A stretch of 60,649 bases of DNA, filler included. It is 7 parts of 7 records of this genome, joined end to end, with 100 filler letters (N's around TTAATTAATTAA, not from the genome) between each part and the next. Parts side by side here need not be neighbours in the genome. Positions count along the whole stretch, not along the records: positions 37,725 to 51,529 come from DRR723986_17131; positions 51,630 to 60,649 come from DRR723986_17137; 5 more parts are not named here. One strand, given 5' to 3'. Positions within the stretch are counted from its first letter, which is position 1; each line of letters opens with the position of its first letter. Below, one piece after another: positions 48,290 through 59,874 of this stretch. The notes under the pieces are model-generated. The model was not told where the DNA came from, did not search any database, and was given only the letters and a program-made list of their open reading frames with translations. The position numbers and the translations under genes are program-made.

Positions 48290-51052
48290 ATGGGGCTTGC
48301 TCGCGTTTTGTTGACGTTTGCATGCGCGAGTCTGCTCGCGGCCCCCAGAGTAACCACTGCCCAAGATCTGCTCGCTGAAAAAATCCTGCGGTGGGATTTT
48401 CAGCGCCAACAGGATAGAAATCAAGATAGCAAGCCGGATGGTTGGCGACGAATTCTTGACCGGGACCATCCCCACTACGTTGACCTGCAAATTCATCCCC
48501 GGAATCCAGAGTACGCGAAACCTGCCAAAGAGATGCAGGTTACCCTTGCAAAGCTTCACCACAATTGGAAAGCCGGCCGCATCGACTCCGGTTACGTTCC
48601 AGAAACTGTTCCGGCCGAAGTTGCCGACTTTATGGACAAATACATCCTGCATCGCTGTCTGCGAGCAGAGATGGATGGCGGGGCCGCGGAGCGAATTAGC
48701 CCTGAGTTTCCAATTGATTCTCGTTTCGCCTACAGCTTGCGCGGCGAAATGGCCGCAGCGGACCTTCGCGGACATACCGCCCGCATCGAGCTCCATCTGC
48801 TCGACGATCAACTCAACGTAGTCGAAATCCTCAAGACCAGCACCATCACGGGGACCGTACCGTGGCGGTTCTACAGCACAGAAGTCGCCAGTCTACCGGC
48901 CAGTGAACTGAAGTGGGGACGCATACACGTCATCGTCGAGCCTATCGAGGGCGAGCTGCACTTCAGCGGAGAGGCCTGCTTTGACACCATCGAAGTATTC
49001 CGACTGCCGCGACTGAGTCTAACGACGCAAGTGCCACAACATATGGCTGTGCCAGGTGAGTCGTTCGAGATAGTCTGCACGGCCATGGGTTTGCGACATA
49101 ACAACTCGACCGTCAAATTCACCCTGCACGACAGCACCGGCAAGCAGCTTGACGCTGCGTCCGTTCCGCTGCAAAGCCTGCAATTCGCATCGACTTCTCC
49201 GGTAGAGATCACCGGTGCAGAGCGATATGTAGCCAAACAGACCAAGGTTTACGACGGCGCAGCAGCCTGGCAGGTAACGCTGGACGACCCAGGACTTTAC
49301 CGAGTTCGCGTGGACCTTGGGAACCAACATCGAGACGCCCGACACCGCGAGATCCTACTCGCGGTAGTTGAGACGTCGGACCATTTTGATGCTGGGCCGT
49401 TCGCATGGTCCATCCCAGAATTCAATACCGTTGTTCAACCCGAAGACTTGGTTGGCCTTGTTTCTAGGTTTGGCGCTTCGCGCGTGAAGGTGCCTGTTTG
49501 GATCGAAGATGACGACCAGTCCATGTTTGCTCGCCTGAGCCGCATGGCTGATCAGCTTCAGGTAATAGGCACCGAAATTGTCGGAAAGCTTGACGTCCCA
49601 CCCGCCTCCTCAGGTGAGACCAATCCGGCGCAAACGCTTACACTGTCAATGCTCAGGAATCGAGACAACTGGGAACAACTTGTTGCGCCCGTTCTCACTC
49701 GGCTTGGATTAAAGATCAATTGGTTCCAGCTTGGAACGGATGATGACCTGAGCCTGATGAGTCACCCTGAAGTCGGCGAGCTTATGGCAGATGTCCGCCG
49801 AAGAATGCAAACCTATTCGCAGGATCTGAATCTCTCGCTGGCCTGGACTTGGCAGTCGCCTCTTCCGGAGAGAACCTCCTCTGCTTGGAATGCCGTCCAT
49901 TTGCGAGCTTCTCCGCAATTGACTGCTGATGAGCTATCCGCCTACGTAACGGCAAGTCAGAAACACACTCCACAGTGGGTATCCTTCTCTCCGCTCCCAA
50001 GCTCGCGCTACGGCCTTTTGGAACGCGTGCGTGACTTCACCGAGCGAGCCATCGTGATCAAAGAGACTGGCGTGCAAGCCGCTTTCTTGACCGATCCCTT
50101 TGACAAAGAACAGGGAATCTTTCAACCCGACGGCAGCGTCGGTGAGATGTTACTGCCTTGGCTAACGCTGACACGCACAATTGGCGATGCGGATTACCTC
50201 GGGGCGATCCAAATGCCGCAAGGCAGCACGAATCACATTTTTACATCCGGCGACGAAGGAATCATGTTCGTTTGGAATGACGCCGGAGCCGTTGAGCAGC
50301 TCTATTTGGGCGACAATCCAACGGCGTTTGACATTTGGGGACGCGAGGTCGAAATCACGACAGCTCAGTCGGCCAGCTCCGGTAGTCTCCAGCAGATTAT
50401 TCACGCCACCGCTTGGCCATTGATCATCCGTGGTGTCAACACCGACGTAGCACGATGGCGTCAACAGTTTACTGTACCGGTGACACACTTGGCCAGTGCC
50501 GTTGGCGTAAGTCAGTTGATCCCGCTAGATTTTTCAAATACATTCAGCCAAGGTGTGGCCGGCGAGCTGTCACTGTACAGTCCATCTCTGTTCGCAAGTG
50601 GCAAGGCTCGTGCGCGATTCGAAGTTGCCTCGCAGGGGCGGCAGCAACGCCAGCTATCAGTGGCAGTCAAGAACGACGCCAGCGCCGGACGTCATCCGCT
50701 GACCTTTGATTTCGACGTGAAGGCGGATCGCGAATACAAGTTCAGCGTTTACCGTAGCATCAAGCTCGGACTAGGCGACGTCGAGTTTATTTGGGATGCT
50801 GTTCCCGTAGAAGGCGGTATGATTGATCTGCGGCTAGAGTTGCTCAATCACACCGATCAAGAGGTGAACTTTGATTGCAAGATCTTTCCTGCTGGGCAAC
50901 CCTACGACCGTGTCCAAATCATGAATGCGGCTCCTGGTGCAACCCAGCGTCAGTTCGCCGTGAAGTCACCGACAATCGAGGATGGTGGAATCTGGATTCG
51001 CTGCGAACAAATCGGAACCGGCCGCATCCTAAACTACCGAGTCAAACCCTAG
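48290..51052 (+). CDS. Large secreted hypothetical protein
   Basis: ORF of about 920 aa with signal peptide MGLARVLLTFACASLLAAPRVTTA-QD. Beta-rich ends flank a central alpha/beta region. Start chosen by the signal peptide. Confidence 0.75.
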   Translation: MGLARVLLTFACASLLAAPRVTTAQDLLAEKILRWDFQRQQDRNQDSKPDGWRRILDRDHPHYVDLQIHPRNPEYAKPAKEMQVTLAKLHHNWKAGRIDSGYVPETVPAEVADFMDKYILHRCLRAEMDGGAAERISPEFPIDSRFAYSLRGEMAAADLRGHTARIELHLLDDQLNVVEILKTSTITGTVPWRFYSTEVASLPASELKWGRIHVIVEPIEGELHFSGEACFDTIEVFRLPRLSLTTQVPQHMAVPGESFEIVCTAMGLRHNNSTVKFTLHDSTGKQLDAASVPLQSLQFASTSPVEITGAERYVAKQTKVYDGAAAWQVTLDDPGLYRVRVDLGNQHRDARHREILLAVVETSDHFDAGPFAWSIPEFNTVVQPEDLVGLVSRFGASRVKVPVWIEDDDQSMFARLSRMADQLQVIGTEIVGKLDVPPASSGETNPAQTLTLSMLRNRDNWEQLVAPVLTRLGLKINWFQLGTDDDLSLMSHPEVGELMADVRRRMQTYSQDLNLSLAWTWQSPLPERTSSAWNAVHLRASPQLTADELSAYVTASQKHTPQWVSFSPLPSSRYGLLERVRDFTERAIVIKETGVQAAFLTDPFDKEQGIFQPDGSVGEMLLPWLTLTRTIGDADYLGAIQMPQGSTNHIFTSGDEGIMFVWNDAGAVEQLYLGDNPTAFDIWGREVEITTAQSASSGSLQQIIHATAWPLIIRGVNTDVARWRQQFTVPVTHLASAVGVSQLIPLDFSNTFSQGVAGELSLYSPSLFASGKARARFEVASQGRQQRQLSVAVKNDASAGRHPLTFDFDVKADREYKFSVYRSIKLGLGDVEFIWDAVPVEGGMIDLRLELLNHTDQEVNFDCKIFPAGQPYDRVQIMNAAPGATQRQFAVKSPTIEDGGIWIRCEQIGTGRILNYRVKP

Positions 51053-51143
51053 CTTCCCCACACGTAGTGCAGGCTGCTAGCCTGCGCCGTCAACTGTGTG
51101 TGTCGCGAAAGTTCTCTGAGTTGCCATCCTGAGTTGTCTCATT

Positions 51144-51476
51144 GTGATGAACAAGCATCGACAGGCCGCTGCTGAAATCCTGCAACAACACCTGGATGCA
51201 TATCGACAGTTACCACACTCGGAACTTGCAGCACGCCTAGGTTCACGCGTTGAATCGAACCTCCCAGATGTGCAGCACGGTGTCCTACCCGATGGCAGCC
51301 AATATGCGATCGAGACCAACATTGGCTGGGACGACTTCGCAAAAGGACACATCCGCGTGATGGCGGACATTTCGACCAACGGGCGTGGTTGCCTACTTGG
51401 CATACTCCCAATTTTCTCGCCGGACGCGACTGGCACCTTCATCCTCGCACCGGACGGAACGTTCATCGACGAGTAA
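51144..51476 (+). CDS. Small hypothetical protein
   Basis: 110-aa ORF with plausible composition, ending FILAPDGTFIDE. Confidence 0.65.
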   Translation: MMNKHRQAAAEILQQHLDAYRQLPHSELAARLGSRVESNLPDVQHGVLPDGSQYAIETNIGWDDFAKGHIRVMADISTNGRGCLLGILPIFSPDATGTFILAPDGTFIDE

Positions 51477-51529
51477 TTTGGTTGACGTACATGCGATCAC
51501 TAGTTCGTAGTACCGGCTTCAGCCGGAAT

Positions 51530-51629
51530 NNNNNNNNNNNNNNNNNNNNNNNNNNNNNNNNNNNNNNNNNNNNTTAATTAATTAANNNNNNNNNNNNNNN
51601 NNNNNNNNNNNNNNNNNNNNNNNNNNNNN
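51530..51629. other. Artificial contig spacer
   Basis: N44-TTAATTAATTAA-N44. Confidence 0.99.
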
Positions 51630-53921
51630 AAACTTCGGCGAACGGAATACGTCACGCACATCGGCAATGCCCACGATATCTTCGCGGAATTCCGGCTTGA
51701 GCATGCCTGTCAAAGCCGCTTTCACATCATCAATCAGGTTATAGATGATGCTGTAGTAGCGCAGATCCAGACCTTCCTGCTCAACCAGACGCTTGGATGC
51801 GGTATCCGCACGCACGTTGAAACCGAAAATAACGGCGTTGGTGGCCATGGCCAGGCTGACGTCGGTCTCGGCGATACCGCCAACACCAGACGAAACAATC
51901 TTAACCTGAACCTCGTCGTTGCCCAGGTCCTGCAGAGCCTTGGTAATGGCTTCCAGAGAACCACGCACGTCGGTCTTGAGCACAACGTTGAGGGTCTTGA
52001 CCTCGTCCTTGCCCATATTCTCGAACATGTTCTCGAGCTTGGCAGCTTGCTGGCGCTGGAGACGTTGCTCACGCTCGCGGGTCTGACGGAATTCAGCCAG
52101 CTCTTTGGCTTTTTTCTCGTCTGCCACAGCGAAGAATTCGTCACCGGCGTCTGGCGTGCCGTTCAGGCCTAGAATCTCGACCGGAATCGACGGGCCGGCT
52201 TCTTTCACCTGGCGCCCGGCTTCGTCGGTCATGGCGCGCACCTTACCGAAGAAGGAACCGGCCACCACCATGTCGCCCTGGCGAAGCGTACCGTTCTGAA
52301 CCAGCACGGTAGCAACAGAACCACGGCCGCGTTCCAGGCTGGATTCAACCACAACCCCTTTCGCCGCTGCATCCGGGGACGCTTCCAGCTCAAGGATTTC
52401 AGCCTGCAGCAAGACCGCTTCCAGCAGGTCATCGATACCCATTCCGGTGTGTGCAGAAACAGGCACGAACTGAACGTCGCCGCCCCAGTCTTCCGGAATG
52501 ACTTCCAGAGCCGAAAGCTCGTTCTTGATGCGGTCCGGATCGGCTTCTTCCTTGTCCATCTTGTTGATGGCAACCACGATCGGTACGCCGGCAGAACGGG
52601 CGTGCTCAACGGCTTCCTTGGTTTGAGGCATAACACCGTCGTCGGCTGCCACCACCAGGATAACGATATCGGTACACTGGGCACCACGAGCACGCATGGC
52701 GGTAAATGCGGCGTGGCCCGGGGTATCCAGGAAGGACACCATGCCGTGTTCAGTTTCTACATGGTAAGCACCAATGTGCTGGGTAATACCACCGGATTCA
52801 CCGGCAGCAACCTTGGCGCGGCGGATATGGTCCAGCAGCGAGGTCTTGCCATGGTCAACGTGACCCATCACACTGACAACCGGCGCGCGCTTGATCTTCT
52901 CTTTGCCTTCGTCCGGGCCGGTGATTTCGCTCAGAACTTCCTCTTCGAAGGCATCCTCACTCACCGCCTTGGGCTTGTGGCCCAGCTCTTCGGTAACCAG
53001 GATCGCCGTTTCCTGATCCAGCGCCTGATTGATGGTTGCCATCACCCCCATACCCATCAGGGTCTTGATAACATCAGCGGACTTGACGGCCATGCGCTGG
53101 GCGAGATCACCAACGGTGATGGTTTCCGGAATCTGTACTTCTCTGACCATGGGCTTTGTGGGCCTCTCGAAAGCATGACGCTTTTCTTTCGGTTTCTTTT
53201 TGGCCCGCAGCGGCTTGCGAAGAGTGGTTTCCTCTTCGTCTTCGCTCAGTACTACCGGTTCTTCTACCGGACGGCTGCGAGGACCGCGATGGCCAGCCTG
53301 CTTCTTCTTCGGCTTGCCTTCTTCAATATCATCACCGCGCTCACGCACCTTCTCTTTTTTCTTCTTCGGCTTGCGATCCCGACCTTCATCCTCAGGCGGA
53401 GGCATGGGAATATCCTCCGGCGCGATGGCAGGCTCTGCGGATTCTACAGCAGGTTCCGGAGCAGCTTTGGCTTCGGTTTCTGCTGCGGCCGGAGCTTCCG
53501 TTTCAGGGGCTTCGGCAGGTGCTGCTTCCGCTGCGACCTTCGGCGCTTCTTCCACCGGCGCCTGTTCGGCCGCCGGTGCCTGTACCGGCTCTTCCGGTGC
53601 CGGCGCCTCAGCTTCCGGCTCGGGTTGCAGCTCTGCACGCTTGATATAGGTGCGGCGCTTGCGCACTTCTACGTTGACAGTCTTGGCCTTGCCGGCCTTA
53701 AGGGTCGTTGTAGTCTTGCGTTTCAGTGTAATCTTACTTGGCTCGGCTTCCGCCTCACCATGTGTTTTTCTCAGATAGGCCAGCAACTGCTGCTTCTCAT
53801 CGCTGGTGACAGCGTCGTTTTCGCTCCGGGCTTTCAGGCCCGCTTCCACGATCTGCTTCAGCAAACGATCCACGGGAGCGCCTACATCTGCGGCCAGTTG
53901 TTTTACCGTTACTTCAGCCAT
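51630..53921 (-). CDS. infB: Translation initiation factor IF-2 (3' truncated)
   Basis: [35 protein letters not shown]. Follows nusA. Confidence 0.98.
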
Positions 53922-53941
53922 ACTGGTCCTCCTCTCCCGAA

Positions 53942-55435
53942 TCAGGCCTGGTCTTCAAACCAGGGTGCGCGCGCAGTCATAATCAGCTGACCAGCACGCT
54001 CTTCATCCATACCTTCGATTTCGAGCAGCTCATCAATCGACTGCTCCGCCAGATCTTCCATTGTGCGCACGCCCATGCCCGCCAGCTTGAATGCCAGCGC
54101 ACGGTCCATGCCATCCATGTTCAGAAGATCGTCTTCGGGCTCTGCGCCCTCCAGGGCTTCTTCACTGGCCAGCGCCTGATTCAGCAATACGTCTTTGGCA
54201 CGACGGCGCAATTCAGTGACGGTTTCCTCGTCAAAGCCCTCAATCGCCAGCATTTCTTCCATCGGTACATAGGCTACCTCTTCAATGGAGGTAAAGCCTT
54301 CCTCGATCAGAACACCGGCAAATTCTTCATCCACATCCAGGTGAGCGGTAAAATGGTCAAGCAGGCGTTTGTATTCCTGCTCCTGACGCTCACCGGCCTC
54401 TTCTTCCGTCATCACATTCAGGGTCCAACCGGTCAGCTCGGTCGCCAGACGAACGTTCTGACCGTTCCGGCCAATGGCCTGTGCCAGGTTGTCTTCGGCA
54501 ACGGCTACGTCCATCGTGTGACGGTCTTCGTCCATGACAATGGAGGCCACTTCAGCCGGCGCCATTGCGTTAATAACCAGCTGCGCCGGGTTATCGTCAT
54601 AAAGCACGATATCCACACGTTCGCCGCCCAGCTCGTTAGACACTGCCTGTACGCGGGAGCCCCGCATACCAACACAGGCCCCGACCGGATCAATACGGCG
54701 GTCGTTGGTCTTCACCGCAATCTTGGCCCTGGAGCCCGGATCGCGAGCGGCACCACGAATCTCGATCAGCTCCTCGGCAATCTCGGGAACCTCGATGCGG
54801 AACAGCTCGATCAGCATTTGCGAATCGGTACGGCTCAGAATCAGCTGTGGTCCGCGATGATCGGTGCGAATCTCCAGCAGCAGAGCACGAACCCGATCGC
54901 CCATCCGGAAGGTTTCACGGGGAATCAGGTGCTCACGGGGAAGCAGAGCTTCTGCGTTGCCACCCAGATCCACAATCACATTGTCCCGGGTCACCTTCTT
55001 GACGGTACCGGACACCAGCTCACCGATACGATCGCGGTAGCTGTCGACAATCTTCATGCGCTCGGCTTCGCGCACTTTCTGGAAGATGATCTGCTTGGCC
55101 GCCTGGGCACCAATGCGCCCGAACGCCACAGACTCCACCTTCTCTTCGTACATATCACCCGGCTTCAGATTGGTGTCGATCTCTTCCGCTTCCTGCAGGG
55201 TCAGCTCAGTGCCCAACGCAGGAACGGCATCATTATCGACCACCAGCCAGCGGCGGAAGGTTTCGTATTCTCCGGTGCGGCGATCAATGGCAACCCGGAT
55301 ATCCGCCTCTTCGTCTTCATAACGTTTCTTGGCAGCGGTAGCGAGTGCGAGTTCAATCGCCTCGAAAATCACATCCTTCTCGACACCTTTCTCGTTCGAG
55401 ACGGATTCCACTACCAGCAAGATCTCTTTACTCAT
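53942..55435 (-). CDS. nusA: Transcription termination/antitermination factor NusA
   Basis: [59 protein letters not shown]. Confidence 0.98.
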   Translation of the reverse strand: MSKEILLVVESVSNEKGVEKDVIFEAIELALATAAKKRYEDEEADIRVAIDRRTGEYETFRRWLVVDNDAVPALGTELTLQEAEEIDTNLKPGDMYEEKVESVAFGRIGAQAAKQIIFQKVREAERMKIVDSYRDRIGELVSGTVKKVTRDNVIVDLGGNAEALLPREHLIPRETFRMGDRVRALLLEIRTDHRGPQLILSRTDSQMLIELFRIEVPEIAEELIEIRGAARDPGSRAKIAVKTNDRRIDPVGACVGMRGSRVQAVSNELGGERVDIVLYDDNPAQLVINAMAPAEVASIVMDEDRHTMDVAVAEDNLAQAIGRNGQNVRLATELTGWTLNVMTEEEAGERQEQEYKRLLDHFTAHLDVDEEFAGVLIEEGFTSIEEVAYVPMEEMLAIEGFDEETVTELRRRAKDVLLNQALASEEALEGAEPEDDLLNMDGMDRALAFKLAGMGVRTMEDLAEQSIDELLEIEGMDEERAGQLIMTARAPWFEDQA

Positions 55436-55489
55436 GGGATTGCCCTGCCCTCAAAATAAACGATACATCTATAGATTTATTCGAATATG

Positions 55490-55951
55490 TCACTCGAAAA
55501 CCGGCACGATGTTGGCTTTTTCGATACTGTCGAAGGGCAACAGGTATTCGTGGTCATCTACTACAACTACCACCTCGTCGCCCTCCACCCCTTTGATCAG
55601 GCCCAGGAATTTGCGCCGGCCCTCAAACGCCATACGCAGCTTGATCTGCACTTTATGACCAATAAATGCCTCGTACTGCTCCAGCCGGAACAGCGGCCGG
55701 TCCATACCGGGCGAAGACACTTCCAGCGTATATTCGGTCTGGATGGGGTCTTCCACATCCATCACCCCGCTAACCTGACGACTGACTTTTTCGCAGTCGT
55801 CGATCGCGATGCCGTTCTCGGCATCATCAATAAACACCCGAAGTTTGGAATGGTGTCCATGGGAGCGGAATTCAATTCCCCAGAACTCATAACCCAGACC
55901 CTCGACCACCGGGCGCAGGATGTCTTCCAGTTGTTTCAGTTTGGCTGACAA
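55490..55951 (-). CDS. rimP: Ribosome maturation factor RimP
   Basis: [32 protein letters not shown] start with GGAGG SD. Confidence 0.96.
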   Translation of the reverse strand: MSAKLKQLEDILRPVVEGLGYEFWGIEFRSHGHHSKLRVFIDDAENGIAIDDCEKVSRQVSGVMDVEDPIQTEYTLEVSSPGMDRPLFRLEQYEAFIGHKVQIKLRMAFEGRRKFLGLIKGVEGDEVVVVVDDHEYLLPFDSIEKANIVPVFE

Positions 55952-55986
55952 GTGTCGCCGCCTCCGTTTCCGAATTTTCAGGGTAC

Positions 55987-56021
55987 AAAAACAAAAAAAG
56001 GGCTGTTAATCAGCCCTTTTA
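55987..56021 (-). promoter_or_regulatory. rimP-leader-type terminator hairpin
   Basis: Minus strand AAAAGGGCTG-ATTAA-CAGCCCTTTTTTTG, about 40 nt before the rimP start. Matches the GGGC...GCCC+U pattern of the gammaproteobacterial rimP leader. Confidence 0.7.
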
Positions 56022-56055
56022 TGCACCAGGGCCCTTTGCGCCAGGCCCCTTAATC

Positions 56056-56084
56056 AAAAAGCCCCTGAAACATGGGGCCTTTTG
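56056..56084 (-). terminator. Second terminator-like hairpin in the rimP leader
   Basis: Minus strand CAAAAGGCCCC-ATGTTTCA-GGGGCTTTTT. Confidence 0.6.
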
Positions 56085-56184
56085 TTGCAAGAATTCGCAA
56101 AGCGCCAACCCTTTCAAGCGCTTTGCCGACAGACACCTGGCCTGCCTGGAAGCCTCGATGCTCGCAGGCTCCAATATCCGCGGG

Positions 56185-56213
56185 AGTATAGTGACGCCAC
56201 GCGGACTGGTCAA
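56185..56213 (-). promoter_or_regulatory. Sigma70-type promoter for rimP-nusA-infB
   Basis: Minus strand TTGACC-N17-TATACT. Confidence 0.75.
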
Positions 56214-56222
56214 GGACTGACC

Positions 56223-56252
56223 AAAAAAAACGGCCTGGGTTTGCCAAGCCGT
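56223..56252 (-). terminator. Intrinsic terminator after tRNA-Leu
   Basis: Minus strand ACGGCTTGG-CAAAC-CCAGGCCG followed by T8. Confidence 0.8.
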
Positions 56253-56264
56253 CTTCTTTTAATA

Positions 56265-56349
56265 TGGTGCCCGGGGCCGGACTCGAACCGGCACAGCTTT
56301 CGCTACCACCCCCTCAAGATGGCGTGTCTACCAGTTTCACCACCCGGGC
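56265..56349 (-). tRNA. tRNA-Leu(GAG)
   Basis: GCCCGGG acceptor stem, D-loop TGGTAGA, anticodon arm CCATC-TTGAGGG-GGTGG, long variable arm, GGTTCGAGTCC T-arm, encoded CCA. Follows secG, as leuU does in E. coli. Confidence 0.96.
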
Positions 56350-56357
56350 ATCATTCT

Positions 56358-56741
56358 TTACTCGAGTTCGGGGAGCGCGCCCCCACCCTCTGATTCGCTG
56401 TTGGCTGCAGGCTCATCAGCAGAGAGAGCCTGCTCAGCTTGCGCACCTACCTGAGACGATTCCTGAACAACCGGAATACCTGCCTCGCCAGCCACTTCGG
56501 CGCGCTGCTTGGCAAAAATTGCCAGCGAAAAACTTGTCACAAAAAAGATAACCGCCATAAAAGTGGTCATCCGCGTCAGGAAGCTTCCGCTCCCCTGACT
56601 ACCAAACACGGTCTGGGACGCACCACCACCGAAAGCCGCTCCGGCGTCTGCACCCTTGCCCTGCTGGATCAGAACCAGGCCCACCAGCGACACGGCGATC
56701 ACGACGTGAACAACAACTACCAGTGTTTCCAACCAATCCAT
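56358..56741 (-). CDS. secG: Preprotein translocase subunit SecG
   Basis: LVLIQQGKGADAGAAFGGGASQTVFGS.GS..FL. Confidence 0.97.
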   Translation of the reverse strand: MDWLETLVVVVHVVIAVSLVGLVLIQQGKGADAGAAFGGGASQTVFGSQGSGSFLTRMTTFMAVIFFVTSFSLAIFAKQRAEVAGEAGIPVVQESSQVGAQAEQALSADEPAANSESEGGGALPELE

Positions 56742-56765
56742 ACAGACTCTCGTAAACGTGTCGGC

Positions 56766-57524
56766 TTAGACACCTGCCGGGAAAGACCGGCAAATGCTGA
56801 TAAATTCTTCGGCCTTCAACGATGCACCACCGATGAGACCGCCATCAATATCCGGCTCTGCAAACAAAGCGGCCGCATTATCCGCTTTTACACTGCCGCC
56901 GTAAAGTACCGAAATCTCATTAGCCGGTGCATTCATACCATCCAGCACCTTGCGGATTTCCGAATGCATGGCCTGGGCATCGTCTGCCGTCGCGGTTTTT
57001 CCAGTTCCGATAGCCCAGACCGGCTCATACGCCACAACAACCCTGGACCACTGATCATCAGCCACAACTGACAACCCACTGCGAACCTGCTCGGCAACCA
57101 CCGCTTCGGCTTGACCGGCTTCCCGCTCCGCGAGCGCTTCACCTACACACAGCACCGCAACCAAGCCACTTAACAGAACCTGCTCAACCTTGGCGGCTGC
57201 CACAGAATCCGTCTCACCAAACAACTGCCGGCGCTCGGAATGGCCCACCAGCACATAGCCACAACCCATATCGCGGGCCATTTCGGCGGAGATTTCTCCG
57301 GTATATGCGCCAGATAGCCACTGGGACACGTTCTGCGCACCGGTAGTGATCCGCCCACCTCCCTGCTCGGCAACCTGGCCCAGATAGATCGCAGGAGGGA
57401 TAATAACCACCTCCACATCTTTGCCAACATTACCGGACTGCTCGCAAACTGCGCCAACCAGCTGTTTCACCAGATCTTTCGACCCGTTCATTTTCCAGTT
57501 TCCGGCAACAATTCTGCGACGCAT
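56766..57524 (-). CDS. tpiA: Triosephosphate isomerase
   Basis: AGNWKMNG, GAYTGEIS, GHSERR, AYEPVWAIGTG, YGGSV, DGGLIGGASL. Start set at ATG 57524. Confidence 0.97.
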   Translation of the reverse strand: MRRRIVAGNWKMNGSKDLVKQLVGAVCEQSGNVGKDVEVVIIPPAIYLGQVAEQGGGRITTGAQNVSQWLSGAYTGEISAEMARDMGCGYVLVGHSERRQLFGETDSVAAAKVEQVLLSGLVAVLCVGEALAEREAGQAEAVVAEQVRSGLSVVADDQWSRVVVAYEPVWAIGTGKTATADDAQAMHSEIRKVLDGMNAPANEISVLYGGSVKADNAAALFAEPDIDGGLIGGASLKAEEFISICRSFPAGV

Positions 57525-57561
57525 CTCTGTCCTCGACAGTCCCGAGCAAAAGGGAGGCGGA

Positions 57562-57590
57562 ACTATACAGCAGTCACCCGCGGTACACAA
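57562..57590 (-). promoter_or_regulatory. Probable sigma70 promoter of tpiA-secG-tRNA-Leu
   Basis: Minus strand TTGTGT-N17-TATAGT in the glmM-tpiA gap. Confidence 0.55.
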
Positions 57591-57603
57591 CCACCCTTCG
57601 AAA

Positions 57604-58947
57604 TCAGGGTGTTGAACGCTCCACCACCAGGGCAAGCTCTTCCACCACCCGGGTAATATCGTCCGCGCTCTGGCCCTCGGCCATCACTCTGATCAGCGGC
57701 TCGGTACCGGAGGCCCGCAGCAGAATGCGCCCGGCACCCCCCAGCGAAGCCTCTGCCCGCGCCATGGCCTCAACAATATCCGCCCTACCCAACGGATCAA
57801 ACCGTTCGGCAACGCGTACGTTGATCATTTTCTGCGGCAGCTTGCTCATGCCGGCACGAAGCTCCTCCATAACTTTACCTGAACGCCGAACGGCGAAAAG
57901 AACCTGCAGGGCTGAAACTATTCCGTCACCAGTAGTGGTACAGTCCCGGATCACCATATGCCCTGAACCTTCTCCTCCGATCAACCAGTTGTTGGCCACC
58001 AATCGCTCCATCACATAACGATCGCCAACTTTGGCACGCTCAAACTCCACACCGATCTCACGCAGCGCCAGCTCGACCCCCAGATTGGTCATCAACGTAC
58101 CCACCACGCCACCCCGGAGCCGCCCCTCAGCCTGGCGCTGGGAAGCCAGAATATATAGCAGTTCGTCGCCATCCACTTCGGAGCCGTCCCGATCCACCAT
58201 CAACACTCGGTCGCCATCTCCATCGAAGGCGATACCAAGGTCCGCCTTTTTCTCGGTAACCGCGATCTTCAGGGTGTCCAGGTGAGTAGAGCCAACATTC
58301 AGGTTGATGTTCAGGCCATCCGGTTCGGCGCCAATCACGGTCACCTTTGCCCCCAGCTCTCGAAACACTTTCGGCGCTACGTGATAGGTAGCACCGTGAG
58401 CACAATCAAGCACCAGATGCATACCGTCGAGAGTGAACTCGTTCGGCACCGTACTCTTGCAGAACTCAACATAGCGGCCTGGCGCATCATCTACCCGGCT
58501 CGCCTTGCCAAGCTCTTCCGGCTCACACACCTTGATAGGCTGGTCCAGCCAGCGCTCGATCTCAGCTTCCAGGGCGTCGTCCAACTTGGTGCCGGTGGAG
58601 GAAAAAAACTTGATACCGTTATCATGATGAGGGTTATGGGAGGCGCTGATGACAATCCCCGCAGATGCCCGGAAAGTGCGCGTCAGGTAGGCAATCGCCG
58701 GTGTCGGCATCGGCCCCAGCAACTTCACATCAACACCCGCAGCCGACAAACCCGCCTCCAGTGCCGACTCGAACATATAACCGGATAATCGAGTATCCTT
58801 ACCGATAAGCACGCTGTTGCGCTGGCCCGCGCGCTTGAATGCCTGCCCAGCAGCCCAACCCAGATGAAGCATAAAGTCTGGCGTGATAGGACTATCTCCG
58901 ACCCGGCCACGAATGCCATCGGTACCAAAGTATTTGAGCTGGGTCAT
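57604..58947 (-). CDS. glmM: Phosphoglucosamine mutase
   Basis: [46 protein letters not shown]. Confidence 0.97.
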   Translation of the reverse strand: MTQLKYFGTDGIRGRVGDSPITPDFMLHLGWAAGQAFKRAGQRNSVLIGKDTRLSGYMFESALEAGLSAAGVDVKLLGPMPTPAIAYLTRTFRASAGIVISASHNPHHDNGIKFFSSTGTKLDDALEAEIERWLDQPIKVCEPEELGKASRVDDAPGRYVEFCKSTVPNEFTLDGMHLVLDCAHGATYHVAPKVFRELGAKVTVIGAEPDGLNINLNVGSTHLDTLKIAVTEKKADLGIAFDGDGDRVLMVDRDGSEVDGDELLYILASQRQAEGRLRGGVVGTLMTNLGVELALREIGVEFERAKVGDRYVMERLVANNWLIGGEGSGHMVIRDCTTTGDGIVSALQVLFAVRRSGKVMEELRAGMSKLPQKMINVRVAERFDPLGRADIVEAMARAEASLGGAGRILLRASGTEPLIRVMAEGQSADDITRVVEELALVVERSTP

Positions 58948-59777
58948 CAGATTGCCTCCTTCACTGCCGTCACGATCCTGACGGCGTCCACAGTTTCCCT
59001 AACGTCGTGCACCCTGAGGATGCTCGCCCCTTTCATGGCCGATATTGTCGCGGCAGCGAGGCTGGCCGGCAACCTTTCATTCACATCGCGACCCGTGACC
59101 GCTCCCAGCATGGACTTTCGCGAGACCCCGACAAGTAACGGGTGTCCGAGAATATGCAACTGCTCAAGGGTAGCGAGCAGCTGATAGTTGTGCTCCACGC
59201 TCTTGCCGAAGCCAAAGCCGGGATCAAGAATAATGTTATCGGCACGAACACCGGCCTGCTCCGCCACCCGCATACGCTCCGTCAGAAAAGAGCTGACGTC
59301 CCGCCGCACATTCCGGTAGCGGGGATCGTCCTGCATGGTATCCGGCTCACCCTGAATATGCATGATGCACACCGGAATACCTGCTTTTGCAGCCACTTCC
59401 GGCGCACCCTCGCGCTGCAGGGCACGAACATCGTTGATCAGTCCCGCACCAAGCCGGGCAGTTTCAGCCATCACCACAGGATTGCTGGTATCCACCGAAA
59501 TCACGGTATCCAGCTCTTTGGCAATGGCTTCGACCACCGGGCATACGCGGTCAAGCTCTTCCTGGGTCGAGACTTCGCTTGCGCCGGGGCGAGTCGACTC
59601 ACCTCCAACATCAATAAAAGAAGCGCCGTCACCGACCATCTGCCTGGCCCGTACAAGCGCAGACTCCCTGGAATTAAAGCGTCCGCCATCGGAAAACGAA
59701 TCGGGGGTGACATTCAGAATACCCATCACGTGGCAACGAGACAGATCCAGTTCGCGACCGGCAAAGTTCATTTTCAT
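58947..59777 (-). CDS. folP: Dihydropteroate synthase
   Basis: [40 protein letters not shown]. Confidence 0.97.
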   Translation of the reverse strand: MKMNFAGRELDLSRCHVMGILNVTPDSFSDGGRFNSRESALVRARQMVGDGASFIDVGGESTRPGASEVSTQEELDRVCPVVEAIAKELDTVISVDTSNPVVMAETARLGAGLINDVRALQREGAPEVAAKAGIPVCIMHIQGEPDTMQDDPRYRNVRRDVSSFLTERMRVAEQAGVRADNIILDPGFGFGKSVEHNYQLLATLEQLHILGHPLLVGVSRKSMLGAVTGRDVNERLPASLAAATISAMKGASILRVHDVRETVDAVRIVTAVKEAI

Positions 59778-59812
59778 AACGCAGCTTCCACAGACAGAGT
59801 TTTCGGAGAGAC

Positions 59813-59846
59813 AAAAACAAACGCCGCCCGAGGGCCCGGGCGGCGC
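59813..59846 (-). terminator. Intrinsic terminator after ftsH
   Basis: Minus strand CGCCGCCCG-GGCCCT-CGGGCGGCG followed by TTTGTTTTT. Confidence 0.75.
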
Positions 59847-59874
59847 ATTCAGTTACTCAGGCTTTGACGGCGAG

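Noticed and set aside
56265-56349. tRNA-Leu as an integration site for an island
   Set aside because: No integrase and no duplicated tRNA 3' end. Core genes flank both sides.
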